From NCBI GenBank assembly GCA_040881665.1, contig JBBECT010000004.1, positions 117,782-181,781 on the forward strand: a DNA stretch of 64,000 bases, in the 5' to 3' direction. Source of the DNA: Actinomycetota bacterium. Its GTDB lineage: Bacteria; Actinomycetota; UBA4738; HRBIN12. Under the pieces are notes generated by a model. It saw nothing but the letters and a program-made list of their open reading frames with translations, was not told the origin of the DNA and did not search any database. Position 1 is the first letter of the stretch; every line of letters starts with the position of its first letter. Positions 9,071 through 17,804 of the stretch are shown here, one piece after another. The position numbers and the translations under genes were made by a program.

Positions 9071-9131
9071 CGGCACCGATGGTCGGCCCGCGTGGTTGCG
9101 CTGACAACCCACCGGTTGCGACCTCAGCAAC

Positions 9132-10586
9132 TCAGCTCTCGCCGAGGTTGAGCACCACGGTCTTGAGCTCGGTCAGGCGCTCCATCGAGTAGCGCCCTCC
9201 GACACGGCCGATACCGCTCTTGGAGCCCGCGCCGCCGCCGAAGGGAAGGTGGGACTCCCAGTAGTTGGTGCCCTCGTTCACGTTCACCCACCCGGTGCGC
9301 ACCCGCTCGGCAAACCGTAGCCCCCGCGCCAGGTCGGCGGTGAAGATCGCCGACAGCAGCCCGTACTCCGAGTCGTCGACGAGCGCCACCGCCTCGTCCT
9401 CGCTGCGGATCGTCGAGACCGGAACAACCGGACCGAACGTCTCCTCGCGCGCCACCTGCATCCGGTCGGTCACGCCGTCGAGGACCGTCGCCTCGAAGAA
9501 CAGCTCGCTGCCGTGCTCGGGCGCACGACGGCCGCCGGTGACGACGGAGGCACCTGCCTCGACCGCTTCGGCCACGTGCCGCTCGGTCTTGTCGGCGACA
9601 CCGGCGTTGTTCACCGGACCCATCGTGGTCGCGTCGTCCAAGGGATCGCCGAGGTGGATCTTCTCCGCGACGGCGGCGGAAAGCTTGCCGACGTACACGT
9701 CGTGGACGGTTTCGTGGACGAGGATCCGTTCACCCGCCGTGCAGCTCTGTCCGGCGTTCAGGAAGCACGCCGTCAGCGTCGCCTCGACCGCCGCGTCGAT
9801 GTCGCCGTCCTCCATCACGACGAGCGGTCCGTTGCCACCCATCTCCAGCAGCAGATCCTTGCCGGCCGCGCGCTCCGCGACGCGATGACCGGTCGCGATC
9901 GAGCCGATGAACCCGATCGCGCTCGTCCCGGGATTCGCGGCGACCTCGTCGCCGACGACCGCGCCCTCGCCGGTCACCATGTTGAAGACGCCCGCCGGCA
10001 GGTCGGCCTCGACGATGCACTCGGCGAAGCGAACGGCGCACACCGACGTCGAGGGCGCGGGCACCCAGACGATCGCGTTCCCGTAGGCGAGCGCCGGGGC
10101 CAGGATCTCCCCCGGCATGGTGTACGGCCAGTTCCACGGACTGATGATCCCGACGACGCCGCGCGGCACGCGGTAGAGCAGCACGCGCTTGTTCGCATCG
10201 AACGACGGCGGCATGATCCCGTCCATTCGGATCGCGTCGGCCGCGGCCATCTCGAAGTAGCCGAGTAGTTCCTCGACCTCGTCGTTGGCCTCGGCGGCCA
10301 GGGGCTTGCCCTGATCGATCGCGAGCGTGCGCGCGAGCTCGATGCGGTTGGCGTCGATCGCCGCGGCGATCCGTCGCATCCCTGCCGCCCGGTCGAAGGC
10401 CGACATCCCGGCCCACCCACGACGCGCACGCTGGGCAGCGCCGATCGCGCGCTGCACGTCCCCGCGCGTGCCGCTGGGCACGGTTGCGACCACCTCGCCC
10501 GAGCGCGGGCTCGTCGCTTCGAGCGTCGCGCCGTCGGACGCGTCGGCCCACGTTCCGTCGATGTACAGCTTCAGGTTCTCGCTCAT
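9132..10586 (-). CDS. NAD(P)-dependent aldehyde dehydrogenase, candidate betaine-aldehyde dehydrogenase by context, 484 aa
   Basis: ALDH superfamily with catalytic Cys in QSCTAG and an ELGGNGP motif. ATG verified at 10584-10586, with GGGGAG upstream. Confidence 0.85.
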   Translation of the reverse strand: MSENLKLYIDGTWADASDGATLEATSPRSGEVVATVPSGTRGDVQRAIGAAQRARRGWAGMSAFDRAAGMRRIAAAIDANRIELARTLAIDQGKPLAAEANDEVEELLGYFEMAAADAIRMDGIMPPSFDANKRVLLYRVPRGVVGIISPWNWPYTMPGEILAPALAYGNAIVWVPAPSTSVCAVRFAECIVEADLPAGVFNMVTGEGAVVGDEVAANPGTSAIGFIGSIATGHRVAERAAGKDLLLEMGGNGPLVVMEDGDIDAAVEATLTACFLNAGQSCTAGERILVHETVHDVYVGKLSAAVAEKIHLGDPLDDATTMGPVNNAGVADKTERHVAEAVEAGASVVTGGRRAPEHGSELFFEATVLDGVTDRMQVAREETFGPVVPVSTIRSEDEAVALVDDSEYGLLSAIFTADLARGLRFAERVRTGWVNVNEGTNYWESHLPFGGGAGSKSGIGRVGGRYSMERLTELKTVVLNLGES

Positions 10587-10679
10587 CGCTCCCCGTCCCC
10601 GCAACGGCGACGGGGGCGGCCCATGGACCGCCCCCGTCTCACCGCCGTGCTTCCCGTGTTCGGACCGTCCTGTTCGTGC

Positions 10680-11690
10680 TCAGGCCGCCGGCATCCAGGA
10701 GTCGACGACGTCCTGGTTGGCGTCGATCCAGGTCTGCGCGGCCTCCTCGGGATCCGCTCCCTCCTGCAGCTCGAGGGCGACCGAGTTCTGGTCCTCTTCG
10801 GTCCACTGGAAGTTGGAGAGGAACTCGAACGCCGCCGGGTCCTTCTCCGCGAAGTCCACGCTGAACGCCTTGTAGAGCACGTCGTCGGCGTAGTCGCAGT
10901 CATAGCCCGCCGCCTCGTCCGGATCGTCGAGCGCGATCTGCTCGCACTCCTCATCGAACTCCGGCAACTCGACCTCGACGAGGTCGTACTTCGCATTGGC
11001 CCACTGCGGGGTCCACCAGTACATGACGATCGGCTCTTCGTTCTTCACGGCGTTGTCGAGCGCCGACAGCGACGCGGTCTCCGATCCGGAGTACACGACC
11101 TCGAGGTCCAGTCCCAGACTCTCGATGATCGCCTCGTCGAAGATCGAGTACGTCGTGTCCGCACCGAGGAAGCGGCCCTTGTCGCCCGTCTCCGCCGTTG
11201 AGAACGCGTCGGCCTCGGTGAAGCCCTCGTACGTGGCGTACTCGGGGGTATCCTCGACGACGTAGGACGGCACGAACCATCCGATGTTGCCGGTGATGCC
11301 GAGCTCGCCTCCGTCGACGACGGTGCCGGCCTTCTCGATGTACTGCGACCGGTCCTTCGCATGGCCGGAGGGCCAGACCTCGAGCGTCGCGTCGACATCA
11401 CCCGAGGCCATCGCGGGGAACTGCGCGGATTCGTTGATCTCCTGGAGCTCGACCTCGCAACCCATCTCCTCCTGCATCACCTGTTGGACGACGACCGCGT
11501 TCGCCTCGGCCCCGATCCACGGGTTCACGGCGATCACGATCGGGTCGTCGGTGGAGCACTGCGCGACGCTCGCCGTGTCGCCGTCGCCTCCGGTGTCCTC
11601 GGGTGTGTCCTCGACGTCGCTACACGCGGCGCCCACGAGCGCGAGTCCCGCCACGCAGGCGACGAGCGTCAGCCACTTCGAACCCTTCAT
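10680..11690 (-). CDS. glycine betaine/proline betaine ABC transporter substrate-binding lipoprotein (OpuAC/ProX family)
   Basis: Signal peptide with a lipobox (LVGAAC S) followed by an OpuAC-like body. ATG verified at 11688-11690, with a GGAGGGAGG ribosome-binding site. Confidence 0.8.
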   Translation of the reverse strand: MKGSKWLTLVACVAGLALVGAACSDVEDTPEDTGGDGDTASVAQCSTDDPIVIAVNPWIGAEANAVVVQQVMQEEMGCEVELQEINESAQFPAMASGDVDATLEVWPSGHAKDRSQYIEKAGTVVDGGELGITGNIGWFVPSYVVEDTPEYATYEGFTEADAFSTAETGDKGRFLGADTTYSIFDEAIIESLGLDLEVVYSGSETASLSALDNAVKNEEPIVMYWWTPQWANAKYDLVEVELPEFDEECEQIALDDPDEAAGYDCDYADDVLYKAFSVDFAEKDPAAFEFLSNFQWTEEDQNSVALELQEGADPEEAAQTWIDANQDVVDSWMPAA

Positions 11691-11787
11691 GCGTCCTCCC
11701 TCCGTCGGCACGGCCGCTGCCGCTGCCGCTGCCTCACCCCGGCCGTCGCCACCGCTCCGGCCGCTGCTTCCTGGTACGCCATTCGAG

Positions 11788-13878
11788 TCATCTCGAGCTC
11801 TGATCGCCCGATCCGCCCGATCCGCCCGATCCGTTCGCTCCGTTCGCTCCGCCCACGATCGCGCGCAGCTTGGTCCACGGCGCGAACCCCATCTCCCCGA
11901 CCGGCCCGCGCAGGGTGCGCGGCGCCGATCCCATCGCCTGCGTGATGCGATCGAGCACGATCGCCAGCAGCAGGATGCACGTACCGGCGACCACCCCGCG
12001 GCCGATCTGCTGCTTGCCGAGCGCGAACACCACCTCTTGTCCCAGCCCGGCCGCGCCGATCAGCCCGGCGATGATCACGACGGACAGGACCATCATGATC
12101 GTCTGGTTGATCCCGAGCAGGATCGTCGGTCGCGCGAGCGGCAGTTCGACCTTCGCGAGCATCTGCTTCGAGGTCGCACCGTACGAGCGACCGGCCTCGG
12201 TGATCTCGGCCGGAACCTGGCGGATCCCGAGGTTGGTCAGCCGCACGCCCACGGGCAGCGCGTAGATCAGCGACGCGATGATCGCCGGGACGCGTCCGGG
12301 CTCGAAGAGGAGCAGCACCGGCACCAGGTAGACGAATGCGGGCATCGTCTGCATCGCGTCGAGCACGGGCCGTGACCACCGCTCGAACCGGTCGCTGCGC
12401 GCGGCGAGGATGCCGAGCGGGATCGCGAACGCCGCGGTGATCGCGACCGCGACGAGCACCTGGGTAAGGGTCCCCATCGACAGATCCCACATCCCGAGGA
12501 ACCCGAGCGCGGCGATGCACGCGAAGCACCCGATCGCGAGCTTGATCCCGGACACCCGCCACGCGAGCAGGGCGAACGCACCCGCGACCATCCACCACGG
12601 GACGCCGACGAACAGCGCCTCCAGCGGATCGAGGACGTAGATGATGAGGAAGTCGTTGATCGCGCCCGTGACCCCGGCAAGGTTGGTCTGGGACCACTCG
12701 ACGATCGCGTTCGCCGGCGTGGCGACCGAGGTCTCGAGCGCCTCGGGGAACACCTGCTGGCGGAGCACCTCCCGGCCGATCAGCACCGCCGCGACGGTCA
12801 CCACGACCGCTGCCACCACTTGCATCCGCCGGGTCACCACGAGTCCGCCGATCCGCAGGGGGGGCGTCGTGCGGCGATCCCGGTCGCTCCAGGCGGTCGT
12901 CACGCGATCGAGCACGATCGCCATCACGACGATCGCGATCCCGCCGTTGAGCGCCTCCCCGACGTTGAAGTCCTGGAGACCCTCGATCACCGCCTGACCG
13001 AGTCCCCCGGCGCCGATGAACGCGGCGATCACGACGAGGCCGAGCGCCATCATGATCGTCTGGTTCACCCCGAGCATGATCGAGGGCTTGGCCATCGGGA
13101 TCTGCACCGACCGCAGCTTCTGCCGTTCGGTCGCACCGAAGGAATCGGCCACCTCGAGCGAGGTCTCCGGAACGTTGCGGATCCCGAGCGCGGTCAGCCG
13201 GATCGCGGGCGGCAGGGCGAACGCGAGCGTGGCGAGCAACGCCGGCGGGGCCCCGACCCCGAACAGCAGCACGAACGGCAACAGGTAGGAGTAGGCGGGA
13301 ATCGTCTGCATCGCGTCGAGGATCGGCCGGAGGGCCCGCTCGACGCGGGGACGCCGCCCCGCCCAGATCCCCAACGGGATCCCGACCAGTACGGCGAGTG
13401 AGACCGACACGATGATCAGGGCGAGCGTCTCGAGGCTCGCCTCCCACACGCCGAGCAGCCCGAAGCTCGCGACGCCGAGGCCGGCGAGCAGCGCCATCTT
13501 CCAGCCCGCGAGCACCCCCGCGAGCGCTCCCGCCCCGACCACGAGGCCGAGCCAGGTCATCCGCTCCAACGCGGCCACCGTGCTGTCGATCGCCGCCTCG
13601 ACCGCGTCCGAGATCGGCGTCAGGAACAGCGTGAACAACGGGCTGGTGCGGGAGTTCTCCACCGTCCAGTCGCGGAACGCATCCAGTGGAGCGGTGACGT
13701 CGATCACCAACGACTCGGGGAACCCCGCGCGCAGCCATACGAGCCCGATCACCGCGACCACGACGGCGACCACCGCCCAAGCGATGCGACGCGGCCAGGG
13801 GCTCGCCGCTCGATGGAACACCGCCGGCGCGACCTCGCCCACCACGGGGGACGGCGTCCGCGGCGGAGCGATCGCCAT
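11788..13878 (-). CDS. glycine betaine ABC transporter permease, tandem-fused double ProW/OpuAB domain, 696 aa
   Basis: Two consecutive ABC-2 type permease domains each carrying the EAA-like loop. The C-terminal low-complexity tail [17 protein letters not shown] is encoded by tandem 9-nt repeats. Confidence 0.85.
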   Translation of the reverse strand: MAIAPPRTPSPVVGEVAPAVFHRAASPWPRRIAWAVVAVVVAVIGLVWLRAGFPESLVIDVTAPLDAFRDWTVENSRTSPLFTLFLTPISDAVEAAIDSTVAALERMTWLGLVVGAGALAGVLAGWKMALLAGLGVASFGLLGVWEASLETLALIIVSVSLAVLVGIPLGIWAGRRPRVERALRPILDAMQTIPAYSYLLPFVLLFGVGAPPALLATLAFALPPAIRLTALGIRNVPETSLEVADSFGATERQKLRSVQIPMAKPSIMLGVNQTIMMALGLVVIAAFIGAGGLGQAVIEGLQDFNVGEALNGGIAIVVMAIVLDRVTTAWSDRDRRTTPPLRIGGLVVTRRMQVVAAVVVTVAAVLIGREVLRQQVFPEALETSVATPANAIVEWSQTNLAGVTGAINDFLIIYVLDPLEALFVGVPWWMVAGAFALLAWRVSGIKLAIGCFACIAALGFLGMWDLSMGTLTQVLVAVAITAAFAIPLGILAARSDRFERWSRPVLDAMQTMPAFVYLVPVLLLFEPGRVPAIIASLIYALPVGVRLTNLGIRQVPAEITEAGRSYGATSKQMLAKVELPLARPTILLGINQTIMMVLSVVIIAGLIGAAGLGQEVVFALGKQQIGRGVVAGTCILLLAIVLDRITQAMGSAPRTLRGPVGEMGFAPWTKLRAIVGGANGANGSGGSGGSGDQSSR
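11802..11855 (-). repeat. in-frame degenerate 9-nt tandem repeats (about 6 units: gatcgcccg atccgcccg atccgcccg atccgttcg ctccgttcg ctccgccca) encoding the [15 protein letters not shown] tail of the fused ProW permease
   Basis: Seen in the sequence at the 3' end of CDS 11788-13878. Confidence 0.5.
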
Positions 13879-13881
13879 CCG

Positions 13882-14895
13882 CTAGCGCTCCTCGACCATC
13901 GCGCCGAGCACCCGCGACCGATCCACGATGCCGAGCACCCGCTCGTCCTCGACCACGCGCAGCGTGAGGTCTTCGTCGACGACGAGCGGCAGCAGCTCCT
14001 GCACGACGGTCGTGGGTGCGACATCCGGTCCGTAGCGGCGTCCGTCCGTTGACGGCGGCGCCACCATGATCGAACGGGCCGTGAGCACGTGGGCGCGCGG
14101 AACGTCGCGGACGAAGTCGGCAACGTAGTCGTCGGCGGGAGCGGACACGACCTCCTCGGGGGTTCCGACCTGGACGAACCCGCCGTCTTTCATGATCGCG
14201 ATCCGGTCGCCGAGCTTCAGCGCCTCCATCAGGTCGTGGGTGATGAAGACCATCGTCTTGCGGAGCTCGCGCTGCAGGCGGATCACCTCCTCCTGCATGT
14301 CGCGGCGGATCAGCGGATCCAGGGCACTGAACGGCTCGTCGAACAGCATGATCTCCGGATCGGTCGCGAGCGCTCGGGCGAGCCCGACGCGCTGCTGCAT
14401 CCCACCGGAGAGCTCGTCGGGGTAGGACTCGCCCCAGCCTCCGAGTCCGACCACCTCGAGAACCTCGTTCGCGCGCGCGGTGCGGGCGTCTTTGTCCACC
14501 CCTTGCACCTCGAGGCCGAACGCGGCGTTGTCGACGATCCGCCGGTGCGGGAACAGACCGAAGTGCTGGAACACCATGCTGACCCTCGTCCGGCGGAGCT
14601 CCCGCAGACGATCTGCGCTCAGCTGCAGGATGTCGTCGCCGTCGATCGCCACGCTGCCGGCGGTCGGCTCGATCAGCCGTGAGATGCATCGCACGAGCGT
14701 GGACTTCCCGGAGCCCGACAGCCCCATCACGACGAAGACCTCGCCGGTCCCGACGTCGAACGAGACGTCCCGGACGGCGGCGACACAGCCGGTCTTCTCC
14801 AGCAGTTCGGCGCGGGCGAGGTTCGCGTCCGGCGAGCCGATGATCCGTTCGGCCTTCGGACCGTAGACCTTCCACACGTCACGACACGACAGCAT
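13882..14895 (-). CDS. glycine betaine/proline ABC transporter ATP-binding protein (ProV/OpuAA) with C-terminal CBS domains
   Basis: Walker A motif GLSGSGKST and signature LSGGMQQRV. The N-terminus VWKVYG aligns with ProV LYKIFG when the start is ATG at 14893-14895. The track's alternative start is GTG at 14961. Confidence 0.85.
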   Translation of the reverse strand: MLSCRDVWKVYGPKAERIIGSPDANLARAELLEKTGCVAAVRDVSFDVGTGEVFVVMGLSGSGKSTLVRCISRLIEPTAGSVAIDGDDILQLSADRLRELRRTRVSMVFQHFGLFPHRRIVDNAAFGLEVQGVDKDARTARANEVLEVVGLGGWGESYPDELSGGMQQRVGLARALATDPEIMLFDEPFSALDPLIRRDMQEEVIRLQRELRKTMVFITHDLMEALKLGDRIAIMKDGGFVQVGTPEEVVSAPADDYVADFVRDVPRAHVLTARSIMVAPPSTDGRRYGPDVAPTTVVQELLPLVVDEDLTLRVVEDERVLGIVDRSRVLGAMVEER

Positions 14896-15036
14896 CAGGT
14901 CGGCAGGGGGATCGGTCCGTTCGTTCCCGCTAGACACCCTGGTCGAAGATACTGGGAGCACCTCCTCCCGTGCGCAAGGCAGGGGTTGCGGTCATCGCAA
15001 CCATCCGCGCACTCGTCAACCGGACGCCGCGGCCAG

Positions 15037-16701
15037 TCACGAGGCCTGCTGATGCCGGTAGAACCCGACCTCCTCCGGGGGAAGGGGTGTGTTGCCGAGC
15101 AGCAGGTCGGCGGCCTTCTCCGCGACCATCATCACGGGGGCGTAGATGTTGCCGTTCGTGACGTAGGGCATCACCGAGGCGTCGACCACCGACAGACCCT
15201 CGGTGCCCCGAACCCGCATCGTCAGCGGATCGACGACGGCGAGCTCGTCGGTTCCCATCTTCGCCGTGCACGAAGGGTGCAACGCCGTCTCGCCCTCCCG
15301 CGCCACCCACTCGAGGATCTGCTCGTCGGTCTCGACCGCCGGCCCCGGCGACAGCTCGCCGCCGTCGAACGGAGCGAACGCCGGGCGGCCCAGGATGTCG
15401 CGCGCGACGTCGATCGCCTCGACCCACTCGCGGCGATCCTGGTCGGTCGACAGGTAGTTGAACCGGAGCGCCGGATGCGTCCACGGATCACGGCTGGTGA
15501 TCTTCACCGTCCCCCGCGCATCGGAGTACATCGGGCCGATGTGCACCTGGTAGCCGTGGTCCCCGGCGGGAGCCGACCCGTCGTAGCGAACCGCGACCGG
15601 GAGGAAGTGGAACATCAGGTTTGGGTAGGCCACCTCGTCGTTGCTCCGTACGAACCCTCCGGCCTCGAAGTGGTTCGTCGCGCCGAGACCCGAGCGGAAC
15701 ACGAGCCACTGGAACCCGATCCACGGGCGGTTGCGCCACTTCAGACCCGGTGCGACCGACACCGGCTGGGTACAGGCGTGCTGGATGTAGACCTCGAGGT
15801 GGTCCTGAAGGTTCTCCCCGACGCCCGGCAGGTCCGCGACCATGTCGACCCCGAGCGCGCCGAGCTCGTCCGCTGCGCCGATCCCCGACAACTGCAGCAG
15901 CTGTGGCGAGTTGATCGCCCCTCCGCACAGCACGACCTCCCCGGCGCGAACCCGCTTCGGCGAGGTCCCCAACCCGTGGACGTATTCGACGCCGACGGCA
16001 CGCGACCCCTCGAACAGGATCCGTGTGACGAACGCACGGGTGCTGACCTCGAGGTTGGGACGATGCCGGACCGGGTGGAGGTAGGCGCGTGCGGCCGAGA
16101 GACGACGGCCATGGTGCACGTTCCGGTCGAAGGGCGCGAACCCCTCCTGGCGGTAGCCGTTGACGTCCTCGGTCAGGGGATACCCCGCCTGCTGCACGGC
16201 CTCGAAGAACGCCCCGAACAGGGGGCTCGTCGCCGGACCGCGCTCGAGCGCGAGCGGGCCCGCGTGGCCGCGGAACGGATCCTCGAGCTCGGCCGCGAGG
16301 CAGGACTCCATCCGCTTGAAGTACGGCAGGCAGTGCGCGTAGTCCCATGTCTCCATCCCCGGATCCGCGGCCCACCGCTGATAGTCCAACGGGTTCCCGC
16401 GCTGGAAGATCATGCCGTTGATGCTGCTCGAGCCGCCGAGAACCTTCCCCCGCGCGTGGTAGATCCGGCGCCCGTTCATGCGTGGCTCGGGCTCGGACTC
16501 GTACTTCCAGTCGTAGAACCGGCTCCCGATCGGGAACGTGAGCGCCGCGGGCATATGGATGAAGACGTCCCAGAGATAGTCGGGCCGGCCCGCTTCGAGC
16601 ACCAACACCCGGTTCGAGGCGTCGGCGCTCAGTCGGTTCCCGAGCGCGCTCCCCGCCGAGCCGCCGCCCACGATCACGAAGTCGTACTGCGTCGCAGTCA
16701 C
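15037..16701 (-). CDS. betA: choline dehydrogenase (GMC oxidoreductase)
   Basis: FAD motif [18 protein letters not shown] and extensive collinear similarity to E. coli BetA along the whole length. GTG start at 16701 with a GGAAGGGG ribosome-binding site 5 nt upstream. Confidence 0.9.
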   Translation of the reverse strand: MTATQYDFVIVGGGSAGSALGNRLSADASNRVLVLEAGRPDYLWDVFIHMPAALTFPIGSRFYDWKYESEPEPRMNGRRIYHARGKVLGGSSSINGMIFQRGNPLDYQRWAADPGMETWDYAHCLPYFKRMESCLAAELEDPFRGHAGPLALERGPATSPLFGAFFEAVQQAGYPLTEDVNGYRQEGFAPFDRNVHHGRRLSAARAYLHPVRHRPNLEVSTRAFVTRILFEGSRAVGVEYVHGLGTSPKRVRAGEVVLCGGAINSPQLLQLSGIGAADELGALGVDMVADLPGVGENLQDHLEVYIQHACTQPVSVAPGLKWRNRPWIGFQWLVFRSGLGATNHFEAGGFVRSNDEVAYPNLMFHFLPVAVRYDGSAPAGDHGYQVHIGPMYSDARGTVKITSRDPWTHPALRFNYLSTDQDRREWVEAIDVARDILGRPAFAPFDGGELSPGPAVETDEQILEWVAREGETALHPSCTAKMGTDELAVVDPLTMRVRGTEGLSVVDASVMPYVTNGNIYAPVMMVAEKAADLLLGNTPLPPEEVGFYRHQQAS

Positions 16702-16727
16702 CTGCGCCCCTTCCGGTGATGCATGTC

Positions 16728-16757
16728 TCCGACGCCTCGGAGCGTTCCGACGCCCGG
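16728..16757. promoter_or_regulatory. direct repeat TCCGACGCC(T/C)GG x2 at 18-nt spacing upstream of betA
   Basis: tccgacgcctcgg at 16728-16740 and tccgacgcccgg at 16746-16757, 27-45 nt upstream (minus strand) of the betA GTG start. No regulator gene is visible inside the operon. Confidence 0.3.
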
Positions 16758-16823
16758 CGCCGGAGGCCGAACGCGGGCGATGCTACAGGAGGGCCGGCGA
16801 GCGCGGGACCGGCCGGTTGCGCA

Positions 16824-17765
16824 TCACGCGCCACCGATACCGAGCAGGATGAGCCCGACGACCACGAGCCCGATGCCCGCGTACTGGTTCGGCGCGGGGC
16901 GCTCCCGGAACAGGGTCACGCCGCCGAGGACCGGGATCAATGTGAAGGTTGCCGACACGGCCGCCGTGATCGATACGAGCCCCAGCTCGCTGCCGCGGGC
17001 GTACGCCCAGATGCCGAACACGTCGGCGATCCCGACGGCGATCGCGAGCACCACGTTGCGGCGCGTCGTCCCCGATGGCGCGAGGATCCGCTCCGCGCGC
17101 GATCGATCCCGCCCGGGAGCCTCGGAGGCCAGCATCTCGTCGACCACGCCGTGCTCGACGACGGGGGTCGCCCGGCGCCGCACCGTCAGGACGACCGCGA
17201 TCAGCACGAGCGAGCCGATCCGCGACACGATCGTCGGCGGGAACACGCCGTAGTCCTGCGCGTAGCCGCCCGTCGCGAAGGCGCCGACCCCGAACCCGAT
17301 CATCGCCGCCACGGCGTACGGGATCCCTCGGCGGCTCCCGGCTTCCGCGACGCCGAGACGCCGGATGTCGGTCGAGGTCAGCACGACCCCGACCAACGTG
17401 GCCACGATCCCGGCGATCTCGAGCCCGCCCAGCGACTCTCCGAGGACGGTCACCGCGAGGAGCACCGTGACGACGCCGAAAGCCGAGGCGATCGGCGAGA
17501 CGAGGGCGATCGGCCCCAGCTCCAGCCCGCGGTAGAGGCCGAAATAGGCGACCCCCGCGCACAACCCCGTCCCGAACAACACGAGCGTGCCGCCTGCGGG
17601 GAGGTCCCACGGCGGGGAGAGCACCGCGAAGAGCAGGAGGAACCCGGCGACGCCGGTCAGCTGGGCGATGACGGTGACCGGACGGCTGCCCATCCGGCGC
17701 GAGGCGATCGCGGCAGAGAGGTCGGAGACGCCCCATCCGAGTGCGGCGAGCAGCCCGAAGAACAT
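16824..17765 (-). CDS. EamA/DMT-family membrane transporter
   Basis: About ten predicted transmembrane helices arranged as a duplicated EamA-like domain. Confidence 0.75.
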   Translation of the reverse strand: MFFGLLAALGWGVSDLSAAIASRRMGSRPVTVIAQLTGVAGFLLLFAVLSPPWDLPAGGTLVLFGTGLCAGVAYFGLYRGLELGPIALVSPIASAFGVVTVLLAVTVLGESLGGLEIAGIVATLVGVVLTSTDIRRLGVAEAGSRRGIPYAVAAMIGFGVGAFATGGYAQDYGVFPPTIVSRIGSLVLIAVVLTVRRRATPVVEHGVVDEMLASEAPGRDRSRAERILAPSGTTRRNVVLAIAVGIADVFGIWAYARGSELGLVSITAAVSATFTLIPVLGGVTLFRERPAPNQYAGIGLVVVGLILLGIGGA

Positions 17766-17804
17766 CTGCCGTGGCCGCCTACCGGCCGCCGCACCGTGTC
17801 GGGA

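Noticed and set aside
6092-9107. ORFs 6092..8878 (+) and 7284..9107 (-) overlapping the DMG oxidase gene
   Set aside because: Low-complexity Arg/Gly/Pro-rich products. The in-frame 820 aa oxidase accounts for the region.
11687-14875. 1062 aa minus-strand ORF spanning the proX/proW/proV genes in another frame
   Set aside because: Arg/Gly/Asp-rich artefact; the three transporter genes are in a different frame.
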